A program made the position numbers and the translations under genes. Positions 1 to 11,265 of a stretch of 64,000 nt of DNA are shown here, piece by piece (positions within the stretch are counted from its first letter, which is position 1; every line of letters starts with the position of its first letter). Under the pieces are notes generated by a model, which was given only the letters and a program-made list of their open reading frames with translations, had not been told where the DNA came from and did not search any database. Source of the stretch: Eledone cirrhosa (Eukaryota); assembly GCA_964016885.1 (NCBI GenBank), contig OZ024755.1, positions 42,594,001 through 42,658,000 on the forward strand. The letters are read 5' to 3'.

Positions 1-28
1 CCCTCCTCTACACTGCCCCCCCCCCCCC

Positions 29-740
29 AGTGGTCAGTGTAGAGGTGTGGGGTTGCCTCTGTAGAGGTGGGGGTGGCCTGTGTAGAGGTGAGGGATGAGC
101 CAGTGTAAAAGTGGGGGTGGCCTGTGTTGAGGTGGGGGTGGCCAGTGTTGAGATGGGGGTGGCCAGTGTTGAGGTGGGGGTGGCCTGTATAGAGGTGGGG
201 GTGGCCAGTGGCCAATGTAGAGGTGGGGGTGGCCTGTGTGGAGGTGGGGGTGGCCAGTGTAGAGGTGGGGGTAGCCTGTGTAGAGGTGGGGGTGGCCTGT
301 GTGAAGGTGGGGGTGGCCAGTGTAGAAGTGGAGGTAGCCTGTGTAGAGGTGGGGGTGGCCAGTGTAGAGGTGGAGGGTGGCCAGTGTAGAGGTGGGGGGT
401 AGTCAGTGTAGAGGTGGGGGTGAGCCAGTGTAGAAGTGGGGGGTGGCCTGTGTAGAATGGGGGTGGCCAGTGTTGAGGTGGGGCGTAGTCAGTGTAGAAG
501 TGGGGGTGAGCCAGTGTAGAAGTGGGGGGTGGCCTATGTAGAATGGGGTGGCCAGTGTTGAGGTGGGGGGTAGTCAGTGTAGAGGTGGGGGTGGCCTGTG
601 TATACGTGGGGGGTGAGCCAGTGTAGAGGTGGGGGTTAGGCAATGTAGAGGTGCGGGGTTGTCTGTGTAGAGGTGGGGGCCTGTGTAGAGGTGGGGGTGA
701 GCCAGTGTAGAAGTGGGGGTGGCCTGTGTAGAGGTGGGGA
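29..740 (+). repeat. G-rich ~21-bp minisatellite (GTGTAGAGGTGGGGGTGGCC[A/T])
   Basis: Degenerate tandem units seen directly; the ORFs over it are repeat translations. Confidence 0.9.
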
Positions 741-849
741 TATACAGTGATGGCAGGAGTACTTTCTAAGGAGTGACAACATTGACAGTACGCCTAGGTC
801 ATATTTAACTACTGGCAAGTGAAGTTTTTGTGGTACTGCATGTCACTAA

Positions 850-1235
850 TCATCGCGAACCTTTATCATCTCTTGTAACATTCAGCTTCACTAATCCATC
901 CCATGTCTTCCAAGGTCTACCTTTTCCACAAGTTCTATCCACTGAAATTTCTCTGCATTTCTTTATTACAGCTCTCATCTTCCATCTCACATGTCCATAC
1001 CAAAGGTAGTCTTCTCTCTCGCACATCAGACCCTTATTACACATCCGCCAGAGAATGCTTATTTCCTTTCTTTCTAGCCTTTGCAGGTCTTCTGCAGTCA
1101 AAGTCCATGTTCCACTTCCATGTAGTATTGCAGTTCACACACAAGCATCTATCTACCCTTCACTCTAAAAGAAAAGCCCATTGTCAATGGTAGCACTTGC
1201 TCCTAAACTTCTTCCAACCCATTCTTATTCTGGTT
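850..1235 (-). mobile_element. Decayed RTE-clade LINE 3' fragment
   Basis: AEDLQRLER..WRMCN..WYGHV..GRPWKTWD matches the C-terminus of the RTE copies at 3190-4113 and 6047-6331. Confidence 0.75.
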
Positions 1236-1237
1236 AC

Positions 1238-2520
1238 TTACAGAGCATTCCATTCCATTCCTTCTGTACTTGATGCCTGTTCCTTCCTGTCATGAGATCT
1301 CAAATGGCTTTTGAGTCCTGAAAGCCTGTGAAACACCCATCCACAAATAATACAATGATGTCTCATTTCGTTCTTGTTTCCATTTTGGATTTGCTTTTGA
1401 AAGGTACACCCTAGGGCATACAGGGCATTTGAAAGGTACACCTTAGGGCACACAAGGACATTTGAAAGGTACACCTTAGGGTATACAGGGCATTTGAAAG
1501 GTACACCTTAGGGCACACAAGGACATTTGAAAGGTACACCTTAGGGTATACAGGGCATTTGCAAGGTACACCTTAGGGCACACAAGGACATTTGAAAGGT
1601 ACACCTTAGGGTATACAGGGCATTTGAAAGGTACACCTTAGGGCACACAAGGACATTTGAAAGGTACACCTTAGGGTATACAGGGCATTTGAAAGGTACA
1701 CCTTAGGGCACACAAGGACATTTGAAAGGTACACTTTAGAGCACACAGGGCATTTGAAAGGTACACCTTAGGGAACACAGGGCATTTGAAAGGTACACCT
1801 TAGGGTATACAGGACATTTGAAAGGTACACTTTAGAGCACACAGGGCATTTGAAAGGTACACCTTAGGGAACACAGGGCATTTGAAAGGTACACCTTAGG
1901 GAACACAGGGCATTTGAAACCAGCACTGGATAAGATTCATCATTATTACTGCTGGTCTCATTCTTCCACACTTTTCTTCAGTTCTGCATGTTTTACCCTC
2001 TCCATTCCAAAAGACATTTCTCCAGGCTTCTCTATCTGCTGCACATGGTTCAAGATTTTTCTAGGGTATGTTGGGACATTTTAAGTTCTCTTTTAGAGTC
2101 TCTATATCTCCTCCTTGGTTTACTATTTAACCTTTTACCCAGCTTGAGTTCACCATAAAACATTTTCTCAGGGATACATCTGTCACCCATATGAATCATG
2201 TCACTTGTCCATCTTAACTGATTCCTAACAAACATAGCTTGAGTAGATGTAACTTTTACCCTAGCAAGAATCCCAGTGTCCGGAAGGAATGTGTTCCAGC
2301 TTATTTTGAGTATATGCAGGAGGAATTTACGGTGAAACTGCTCCAACATTTTAACATACTGTGTGTACAATATCTCACATGAATACAATAGGACGGAGAG
2401 AATGAACATATACAGTAATCTTAGTCTCCAAGTTAATGTGACGTTGTGACCAGACTTTCAAGTCCACCAAAGGCTGTTGCTGCCTTTTGTATACAAGATA
2501 TAATTTCATTATGATGCCAT
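1238..2520 (-). mobile_element. Decayed RTE LINE fragment with C-terminal C2H2 finger, interrupted by a 32-bp tandem repeat
   Basis: LLYSCE..LEQFH..ILKISW..QLRW..FYGEL..KPRRRYRD (2050-2409) and CIICGWVFHRLSGLKSHLRSH (1238-1370). Confidence 0.7.
1396..1919 (+). repeat. 32-bp minisatellite (~16 units), most units contain TTAGGG
   Basis: CATTTGAAAGGTACACCTTAGGG[TATACAGGG/CACACAAGGA] repeated; two variants largely alternate. Confidence 0.95.
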
Positions 2521-3102
2521 CAGCTTGTAACCTACTATGGGTCGTCCATATTGAGAGTCAAGTCTGGACAGAATTGACCACACTGTACCTTGCTCTGATG
2601 GGTCTGTAAATTTGGCTGGGATCTTTACAGCTGGATGCCTTTCCTAATACCAAAGGCATTTACAGTGTGGAACTGGATGGCACCATTATGAAGAGGGACA
2701 AGCCAGTTGGCTGTGCAGAACACATCACAGTGACCACAGTTTGGGAGTCTAGAACTAGATGGCACAGATATGAGGGGGGACAGGCCAGATAGCCGTACCG
2801 AACCCTTCCTCATAGCAGGACCACAATTTCACTAATTGACACATGGATAGCACTTTACTCCAGAAAACACAACAGCTGGGAGACCCTTTTATGAACTCAT
2901 ATGTCTGCCGGGCGTACAAGCAGAAGGACGTGTTTTCCCCGCCTGCAGCATATCATATAATCAAATTTCATCTGAGGATACCGTTCCCATAACAACAACA
3001 AATGTATGAATTACATCTTGGATTGCATGGGAGAACCGTTGAAATACTTATAATGAATAAACAATTTATGTAACATCAGCATCTTTTATATATATATATA
3101 TA

Positions 3103-4510
3103 GCCCTTCAGGCTATAACAGAGGAGTTCAAGACCGGCTGCCCATGGGAAATCCTATACGCTGATGATCTAACGCTTATAGCTAAATCAATGGCTGAACT
3201 AGAGAAGAAATTCCAAACATGGAAGCATAGCCTAGAAACAAAAGGCCTTAAAATTAACCTGTCTAAGACTAAAGTTCTAGTATGTAGGAAGGAAAATAGG
3301 GCACTGGTCCCATCTGGGAAATGGCCATGCTCAGTGTGTAGGAAAGGAGTAGGTAGAAACTGCATTTTATGTCCCAAATGCAAAGTATGGGTCCATAAAA
3401 GATGTAGTGGGATCACAGGTAAGCTAACTAAGAATATAAATTTTATATGTGGCCGGTGCTCTGGTGCAATAAGTAGCAGCAAGTGCCCACAGAATACTAG
3501 CTTATTCCATTGCACAGGTGGTTCTATAGAAATAGTGGACACCTTCCGTTACCTGGGTGACAAAATCAGCAGTGGTGGAGGGTGCTCTGAAAGTACAGTA
3601 GCTAGAGTCAGAACGGGATGGAAAAAGTTCAGAGAGCTTATACCACTATTGGCCGCTAAAGGTTTCTCTCTAAAAATGAAAGGCAGGCTGTATGATGCCT
3701 GCATACGAACAGCAATGTTACATGGCAGTGAGACTTGGGCATTGTGTGCAGAGGATCTACGCAGACTGGAGAGGAACGAAGCTTGCATGCTCCGTTGGAT
3801 GTGTAATAGTAATATACGTGAACAGCAAAGCATAAATGAACTAAGTGAGAAATTAGGAATAAGAGGGATCAGATGCTGTTTACTCGAGAGAAGACTACGT
3901 TGGTATGGTCACGTGATGCACATGAAAGACGACAGCTGTATAAAAAAGTGCAGGGCGATCAAAATAGACGGTAGCCATGGAGTAAGCAGACCCAGAAAAA
4001 CCTGGGACGACTTGATAAATTCCGACCTCACACACTTACACCTCTCCAAGACAATGTCACAGGATCGAGATCTTTGGCGCTACGCAGTAATACAGAAGAC
4101 CCGCCTTGCCTAAGTGCAAAGAGAATCCTACAGTAAGTAGGCACCTCTTAACCAAAATACATCCCCATCTCACTACCGCTACCCCCACCCCCATCTACAC
4201 CACTCCTTTCGATGTAAAGTTATGTTGGTACACAATATCCAGTCCTAAATAAATGAGGTCGTGTAGGTGTCACGACAAAAACACACACAGTCCACGCTGT
4301 AATGTGGCCATGTAGGTAACATGGTAAAAACCTCCCAGTCCACACTGTAAACGTGGTTGGTGTTAGGAAGGGCATCCAGCCGTACAAAACCCACCTGACA
4401 GTCCTATATGAGCAAGACAACCAATCTTGCCCCAAGTGGGAAAATTCCCGTCCAAACCCATGCTAGCATGGAAGATGGACGTTAAACGATGATGATGATG
4501 ATGATGATGA
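3103..4510 (+). mobile_element. 5'-truncated RTE (BovB-like) LINE with 3' UTR and (GAT)n tail
   Basis: Begins near RT motif ILYADDL, continues through the C-terminal domain; ends GGACGTTAAAC(GAT)n. Confidence 0.9.
3190..4113 (+). CDS. Partial RTE ORF: late RT, PHD-like Cys/His insert, C-terminal domain
   Basis: GLKINLSKTK, CSVC..CPKC..HKRC..CGRC, FRYLG, LHGSETW, RLRWYGHV. Confidence 0.8.
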   Translation: MAELEKKFQTWKHSLETKGLKINLSKTKVLVCRKENRALVPSGKWPCSVCRKGVGRNCILCPKCKVWVHKRCSGITGKLTKNINFICGRCSGAISSSKCPQNTSLFHCTGGSIEIVDTFRYLGDKISSGGGCSESTVARVRTGWKKFRELIPLLAAKGFSLKMKGRLYDACIRTAMLHGSETWALCAEDLRRLERNEACMLRWMCNSNIREQQSINELSEKLGIRGIRCCLLERRLRWYGHVMHMKDDSCIKKCRAIKIDGSHGVSRPRKTWDDLINSDLTHLHLSKTMSQDRDLWRYAVIQKTRLA

Positions 4511-4512
4511 TA

Positions 4513-4672
4513 CAGTGAAATTTTGTTATAATGAAATTCATGAGGTATAAAAAAAATTCATTGTAACGAAAAATCCTTTACAATGAGATCGACCTAACAT
4601 ATCAAGGGTGTTGTCGGGGATTGAACAACATTTTGTTATACTGAAAAGTTCATTATAATGGAATTTTACCTG
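4513..4672. mobile_element. Tc1/mariner-pogo type MITE
   Basis: Imperfect TIRs CAGTGAAATTTTGTTATAATGAA / TTCATTATAATGGAATTTTACCTG flanked by TA on both sides. Confidence 0.7.
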
Positions 4673-4692
4673 TATACACACGTGCATACATA

Positions 4693-4774
<82 letters not shown>

Positions 4775-4777
<3 letters not shown>

Positions 4778-4910
4778 GCACGTGGCTTAGAGCATTGGCC
4801 TTGCAATCGAAAGATTGTGAGTTCAATTCTCAGACCGGGCGATGTGTTGTTTCCTTGAGCAAGACACTTTATTTCACATTGCTCCAGTTTACTCAGCTGT
4901 AGAAATGAGA
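4775..4910 (+). mobile_element. tRNA-derived SINE
   Basis: A-box-like TGGCTTAG, B-box-like GAGTTCAATTC, then CCTTGAGCAAGACACTT body; follows (TC)n(TA)n. Confidence 0.7.
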
Positions 4911-4934
4911 TGATAGGGACTGGGGTCCATATCA

Positions 4935-5117
4935 TTCCACTGTAAAGTGGACGTGTAGGTGCCACGCCAAAAAAGCACCCAGCACTCACTGTAAATGAGG
5001 TTGGTGTTAGGAAGGGCATCCAGCTGTAGAAATTTAGCCAGAATCAGTTCCCGTCCCACCCTTGCAAGCAGGGAAAAAAAAGCGGATGTAAAATGAAATG
5101 ATGATGATGATGATGAT
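4935..5117 (+). mobile_element. RTE 3'-end fragment with (GAT)n tail
   Basis: GGTTGGTGTTAGGAAGGGCATCCAGC shared with 4355-4380, 5884-5909(-) and 10696-10721. Confidence 0.75.
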
Positions 5118-5741
5118 ATATTAGCTGTAGTACCCAGTAATTGATACGTGTGTTTATGGCAGATCAATTTTTTTGTGTGGAACTATCAAGAGCTGCTTAA
5201 ATCATAAGCCCTTCTCCATCCAGCTTTCTTCATTCAGAGTGAATAAGCCGGGGGAGTTTGAGCTCGAAGAGTATCGAACTTATCCAACAAACTTATGTAT
5301 AAGAATAACAAACTTACTGCCTTAGTGCTCAAGAACAAACACAGCACAATTGAGAAAGTCATCACAATTAGTGAAGAAATGTGTCTCTGATCAAATCAAC
5401 GGAATACTGTACATTATTCCGATGATTTGATCAGGACACTGTATTTAACGTCAAGTGACACAATTTCGAGTGATCAGCGGCCTTTAGACTCACCTGATCA
5501 ATGAAACAATTGTTAATACTGTAAATAAAACCCTTTTTGTACAGCCGACCAAGTTATTCTTCACTCTTTCACTACTATTACTCCAAGGATAAGCAAGATG
5601 GGAATTCTCACAAACTCCCCACCTAACTAAGGAAACCTCTTGTTGAGTCAAACAACGCCGTACGTTAAAACTATCCATAGTACAGAGTACTCACAACCTC
5701 TAACTGGATTACCTATAACAACAATTTGTTATCCCTTATAT

Positions 5742-8630
5742 ATCATCATCATCATCATCATCACCGTTTTACGTCCGTTCTTCCACGCTAGCATGGGTTA
5801 GACGGGTTGTCCTGTTGTGGGCAGTGTCTGGTCGGCTGACCATGCCTTGCTCATACAGGAACTGATTTGGCTTGATTTCTACAGCTGGATGCCCTTCCTA
5901 ACACCAACCTCATTTACAGTGAGTGCTGGGTGCTTTTTCGTGGCGCCTACACGTCCACTTTACAGTGTGGGCTGGGTGCTTTTTTGCCGTGGCACCTCCA
6001 CGACCACCTTGCGGTGGGGCGTGTGGGGGCATATTGTCTATATGCTTCAGCTTGTACCCATGGGAGGTCGGGTACTCTGTATTACTGTGTGATGCCAGAG
6101 GTCACGGTCGTGTGTCATTGCCTTTGAGAGGTGTAATTGGGTAAGGTCGGCTTTTATCCCCTCATCCCAGGTCATCTTGGGTCTCCCTACTCCGCGGTTT
6201 CCATCGACTTCTAGTGCTCTGCACCTTTTTATGCAGCTGTCATCCTTCATACGCATCACATGTCCATACCAGCGCAACCGCCTCTCCTGCACACAACATT
6301 TGATTCCTCTTATGCTTAGTCTCTCTCTCAATTTATTTATGCTTTGTCGTTAACTTATATTACTGTTACACATCCATCGGAGCATGCAGGCTTCGTTTCT
6401 CTCTAATCTACGTAAGTCTTCCACCTTCAGCGCCCAGGTCTCACTACCATGCAACATTGCTGTTCGGATACACGCATCATACAGTCTGCCTTTCATTCTG
6501 AGGGAGAAGCCTTTTGCAGCTAGCAGTGGTAGTAGTTCCCTAAACTTCTTCCATCCCGTTCTTACCCTAGTTATTGTACTTTCTGAACACCCACCTCCGC
6601 TGCTAATTCGGTCACCTAGGTAGCAGAAGCTGTCTACTGTTTCTACAGAGCCCTCCCAGAGATTGGTGGTACTTGTTTCCTGTGGCTGTTTGCTGCTTGC
6701 TGTCTCAGCACAGCTGCTGCATGTGAAGCCTACATTCTTAATTAAGCTTCCTGAGATCCTGCTACATCTCTTGTGTACCCATTGTTTGCATTTGGGGCAG
6801 AGAATGGAGTTCCTACCTACACCTTTCCTACATACTGAGCAAGGCCATTTCCCTGAGGGGATCTGGGTTCTGTTTTCTCATCTACTTACAAGGACCTTAG
6901 TCTTTGTCATGTTGACTTTGAGACCCTTTCTTTCTAGTCCCTGCTTCCAAGTTTGGAATTTATTCTCTAGTTCTGCCATAGATTCAGCTATGAGTGCGAG
7001 GTCATCAGCATACAGGAGTTCCCATGGGCATCCAGTCTTAAACTCCTCCGTTATTGCCTGCAGGACTATGATGAACAGGAGGGGGCTAAGAACAGAGCCC
7101 TGGTGGACCCCAACCTGTACGCTAAATTCCTCGCTATACTCATCGCTAATCCTAACTTTGCTGACTGCTCCCCTATACATGGCTTGTACCGCTTTCACAA
7201 GCCATTCATCTACTCCTAGTTTTCTAAGAGCCCACCAGATTACAGCACGTGGAACTCTGTCAAAGGCTTTCTCAAGGTCGACAAATGCCAAGTAGAGTGG
7301 CTTACTTTTAGCTAGGTACTTTTCCTGTAACTGCCTCACAAGGAAGAGGGCATCAGTGGTGCCTCTTCCTGGTACAAACCCAAATTGCATCTCGTCTATT
7401 TTCACCCAGTCCCTAATCAATTGTGCTATAACTCTTTCTGTTACTTTCATGACCTGGTCCATCAACTTTATACCTCTATAGTTTCCTCTATCTAGTGCAC
7501 CGCCTTTACCTTTGTAGCAGTTGACAATGATACTACTGCACCAATCTTTTGGTATGACACCTTCTAGTATTACCTGGTTAACAATACGTGTGGTTATAGT
7601 GTGACCTACAGACCCAGATGCCTTCAGCATCTCGGCAGCTATACCCGATGGACCGGTTGCCTTCCCCATCTTCATATCTTTGATTGCCTTACTTACTACG
7701 TTGCTGCTGACTTGTACTGCTGGCCCCTCTATAGGGTCTACTTGGGGTAGGGTCTCTTCTTCCTCATTTAGTAATCTATCATAATGACTCTTCCATGCAT
7801 CTTTCTTCTCAGCACTTGTGAGGGCAAGCTCACCTTTATCATTCCGGATACACTTCTCTCCAATGACATCACAACTATCTCTGACACACTGCCTTGCAAT
7901 CTTGAACACCTCCTGTTTCTGGTCCTCACGTTGCAAAACATGCTTGAATTTTCTATCCTCTGCTTCCCTCCTAGCTAAGTATACTTGTCGCCTAGCTTCC
8001 CTCTTGGTCTCTATGTAATGTACCCTGCTCCCCCCGTTCTTCCATTCTTTCCATGCCTGTCTCTTGGCCTTAGCTGCTTCATCTACCTTATTGTTCCACC
8101 ACCAAGTCACTCTCCTCCTGCTTGAGGTCTTACTCCAGCCACAGACCTCATCCGTCGCCTCTAGTAAATTATTTTTTAGGAACTCCCAGTTCTCTTCTAC
8201 ATTGAATGTCTCTATCTGTTCTTCTTTACTGTCGTAGGAGTTGAGTAAAATATCTTTAAATCTGTTACTGGTTGAGGGGACTTTCAGCTTCCAGATCTTT
8301 CTTCTCCAGGTTGGCCTCTCTTTCCAGGTTCGTCTAGTTCTGACCGTGAGGTCACTGACAACTAAGCTATGTTGGGAGGTACATTCCTCATTAGGGAAGG
8401 CTTTTGTATTTACGACCGTCCATCTGTCACATCCTCTGATGAGGATAAAATCTATCTGACTGGAGTGCTCCCCTGATCTATAGGTGATCAGGTGGTTGTC
8501 GGGTTTTTTAAAGTTTGTGTTACATATCGTCATGTCATTGGCGATTGGCGTCGCAGAATTCTAGAAGTCTGAATCCTTCCTCATTTCTTGTGCCAACCCC
8601 ATGGCCTCCATGTACTCTATTGAAGCCGTC
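5742..8630 (-). mobile_element. RTE LINE, 5'-truncated within the endonuclease, with nonsense mutations
   Basis: APE end (HGGHGVG..NEEG, QIDFIL, SQH), RT (QFGF, AFVDLEKAFDRV, QGSVLSP, YADD), premature stops near 6878 and 6350, 3' UTR and (ATC)n at 5742. Confidence 0.92.
6878..8533 (-). pseudogene. RTE endonuclease-RT ORF segment (551 aa to a premature TGA)
   Basis: Non-LTR RT motifs present; the frame continues past the stop into a domain homologous to 3190-4113. Confidence 0.85.
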
Positions 8631-8643
8631 ATATATATATATA

Positions 8644-9200
8644 CAAACACCGGGGGGGGGGGGGGGGGCTAACGCCCTCTGGTGATGTCCAGCAGAAGTA
8701 AGGGGGACAACCCTCCCACCACTTGCGACTGCTTGACTAGAAGACAGGCGAGAATATATAGTTTTCTCGGCTGTGTAAATGAGGTGATTAATCTCATTTG
8801 CATATGAAGCTGCATAAGTTGGCTCATATAAAGCTATGCTTGAAGCGAAATCCTATTTCTTTTTTATTATAAGTTGAGCCAACTTATGCAGCTTAATATG
8901 CAAATGAGATTAATCACCTCATTTACACAGACGAGAAAAGTATATATTCTCCCGTCTTCTAGTCCAGCAGTCGCAAGCGGTGGGAGGGACCGTCCTCATG
9001 AAGGCCAGTTAAGCCTGAAATGCATAGACAGTTATCCCCTTGCTTCTGCAGGACATCACCAGAGGGCGTTAGCACCCCCCCCCCCACCCACCCCCGGTGT
9101 TTGCATAGCTACGGCTTCCTAAAAGTGTATTTCTTTGGAGATACGAAATATTTATACATATTGTATAAAGCTATGCTTGAAGCGAAATCCTATTTCTTTT
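8644..9200 (+). mobile_element. Non-coding HHR-bearing mini-element (337-bp permuted unit plus inverted partial copy); retrozyme/PLE-pLTR-like
   Basis: 37-bp direct repeat 8827-8863 = 9164-9200; 8644-8826 is an inverted copy of 8875-9103 lacking the HHR segment; (TA)n on both flanks. Confidence 0.7.
8989..9032 (+). ncRNA. Minimal type-I hammerhead with core mutation (CUCAUGA)
   Basis: gtc-CTCATGA-aggc(cagttaa)gcct-GAAA-tgca-TA-gac; palindromic ATGCAT stem III. Confidence 0.7.
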
Positions 9201-9267
9201 ATATGTATATATATATATATATAGATATACATGTAACATGCATATATAGATATGTATGTATGCATGC

Positions 9268-9308
<41 letters not shown>

Positions 9309-9354
9309 CACACATACATATATATCTGTTCTGCATATTGTGTAACTATCTATA

Positions 9355-9431
<77 letters not shown>

Positions 9432-9472
9432 GTTTGTGTGTATATATATATATACACATGATATATATATAT

Positions 9473-10650
9473 CAGGCAATCTCGGTCCACAGAATCAAAG
9501 GCCTTCCTGAAGTCAATGAAAACCATGACAACAGGAAGTCTCTTTGTTCTAGCTTCCTCTAATATCCTCCTCAGTATCAGGATGTGACTGCTGGTTGATC
9601 TTCCCTCTCTCTCAAGCCATTCTGGTTGTCCCTGAGCTTCCTCTGGCTGGATCCTGTTAAAAATCCTGTTAAGATCTTACAGGCTTATGGAATACCCAAG
9701 AAGATAGTGGACCTGATATCACTGCTCTACACCAACACCAAAGCCCAAGTCATTACACCTGATGGGATGACAGAGGTCTTTGAGATACTGGCTGGAGTGC
9801 TCCTGGGAGATACATTGGCTCCCTACCTTTTTATCATCGTAGTGGACTAATGTATGCGCCTTGCACTGGAGAAACACCAGGACTCTGGCTTTGCTGTAAC
9901 ACCGGCTCAGAGCAGGAGAGTTAAGGTGAAAAAGATATCAGATGCCGAATTTGCTGACATGGTTCTGGTGGCTGGGACAGTAAGGGGTTCAGGGGTGCTG
10001 GTGCAAGGGTGGGGGACGTGGGGCTGAGAGTGGGACGAGGTATATGGTGGAGAACCATCAGGAAACCACGGAGGATTGTGTGGGCGGAATCGCTGGAGCT
10101 GGTTGGGGACTTCTTGTATTTGGAGGCTAGGGTTGGGAACACAGGGGATGATGTGGTGGGGAGGGTGAAGCCTGAGTGATGTGTAGCAGTTTGGGTTCAG
10201 TGTGGAGGTCGGACCTTTGTAAAGACATTGATGTAGTGGAGTCTGTGCTGTTGTACGGGTCTGAGACTTGGATACTGACCAAGAAACTCACTCAGATGGT
10301 GGATGGGTGCTACATGGGAATGCTGAGGATGGTTCTGAACATTAACTAGAGTGTACACAAGATGAAGGAATCAGAGCTGTACAGGAGCCTCCTAAAAGTC
10401 AGCTCGAAAGTAACACAGAGGAGACTGAGGTTAGCTGGACATGCTCACCGACATTCAGAGTTGCCACTGCACTCAGTGCTCCTGTGGGAGCACCTACACA
10501 GACACACTGGAAGAGGGAGACTGAGGTTAACATATGTTGATGCCCTAAGGACAGACACGGCTCTCTTGGAGACGCAGGACATGGCAGCGATGATGAGGGA
10601 CAGAGACCACTGGAGAGAACTCGTCCATGGATCTCGGGAATTCTACCCAC
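9473..10650 (+). mobile_element. Decayed RTE-X-like LINE with 5' inversion
   Basis: 9473-9657(-) encodes FIDFRKAFDSV; + strand resumes KILQAYG..GDTLAPYLF..LLYGSETW..RRLRLAGH. Confidence 0.75.
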
Positions 10651-10855
10651 CCTTGATAGAGATAGATATAAAAATGTATATATATACATAAATGTGGTTG
10701 GCGTTAGGAAGGGCTTCCAGCCATAGAAAACCAGCCAGAAACACCCCTATATGCGAGACACGGTCACCTGACCCAACGTGCCTCTAAATGGGATCCGTCT
10801 AACCCATGCTAGCGTGGAAGATACCAACAGAATACTTGGGATAGTAGAGTGGGTA

Positions 10856-10978
10856 ATATGAAAAGATTCAGGACCTCGACGGCTGAAATCCAGCCGTTTC
10901 CACAGCTAGATCCGAACTGAGTTCGGATCTAGCTGTCGAAACGGCCGGATTTCAGCCGTCGAGGTCCTGAATCTTTTC

Positions 10979-10982
<4 letters not shown>
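10856..10982. repeat. 127-bp near-perfect palindrome containing the 3' half of a hammerhead
   Basis: 63-bp arms, 1-nt spacer, two mismatches; each strand carries GAAA-cggcYg(gattt)cagccg-TC. Confidence 0.9.
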
Positions 10983-11034
<52 letters not shown>

Positions 11035-11200
11035 TCCAACGGCTTAATTTAAATGCATGGGATTTAAACCTCTCCGATACTAATTTGCATAATAGACCAA
11101 TAATAAAATTAGTAACCCCACTATCCGGGAGCTTCCAACCGACATGGTCACATTCTTTTAAGGGTATGTCAATATTTGTTAATAAAACTGATCTATATTA

Positions 11201-11265
11201 TATTTTATCTGATCAAAGCGCACCCTAATTTGCTTTGGTGTCCTTGAAATATGTATAATGAAATA
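11201..11265 (+). ncRNA. Degenerate type-I hammerhead (CUGAUCA core)
   Basis: tattttat-CTGATCA-aagcgcacc..ggtgtcctt-GAAA-tatgta-TA-atgaaata; 8-bp stem I, 8/9-bp stem II. Confidence 0.6.

Noticed and set aside
3161-3170. CTGATGA/CTGACGA motifs inside LINE and Helitron coding regions
   Set aside because: They are codons (e.g. YADD/FADD) with no flanking stems.
6878-6880. In-frame TGA as selenocysteine or readthrough
   Set aside because: Aligns to Lys in the sister copy, and a TAA stop also occurs downstream; ordinary decay.
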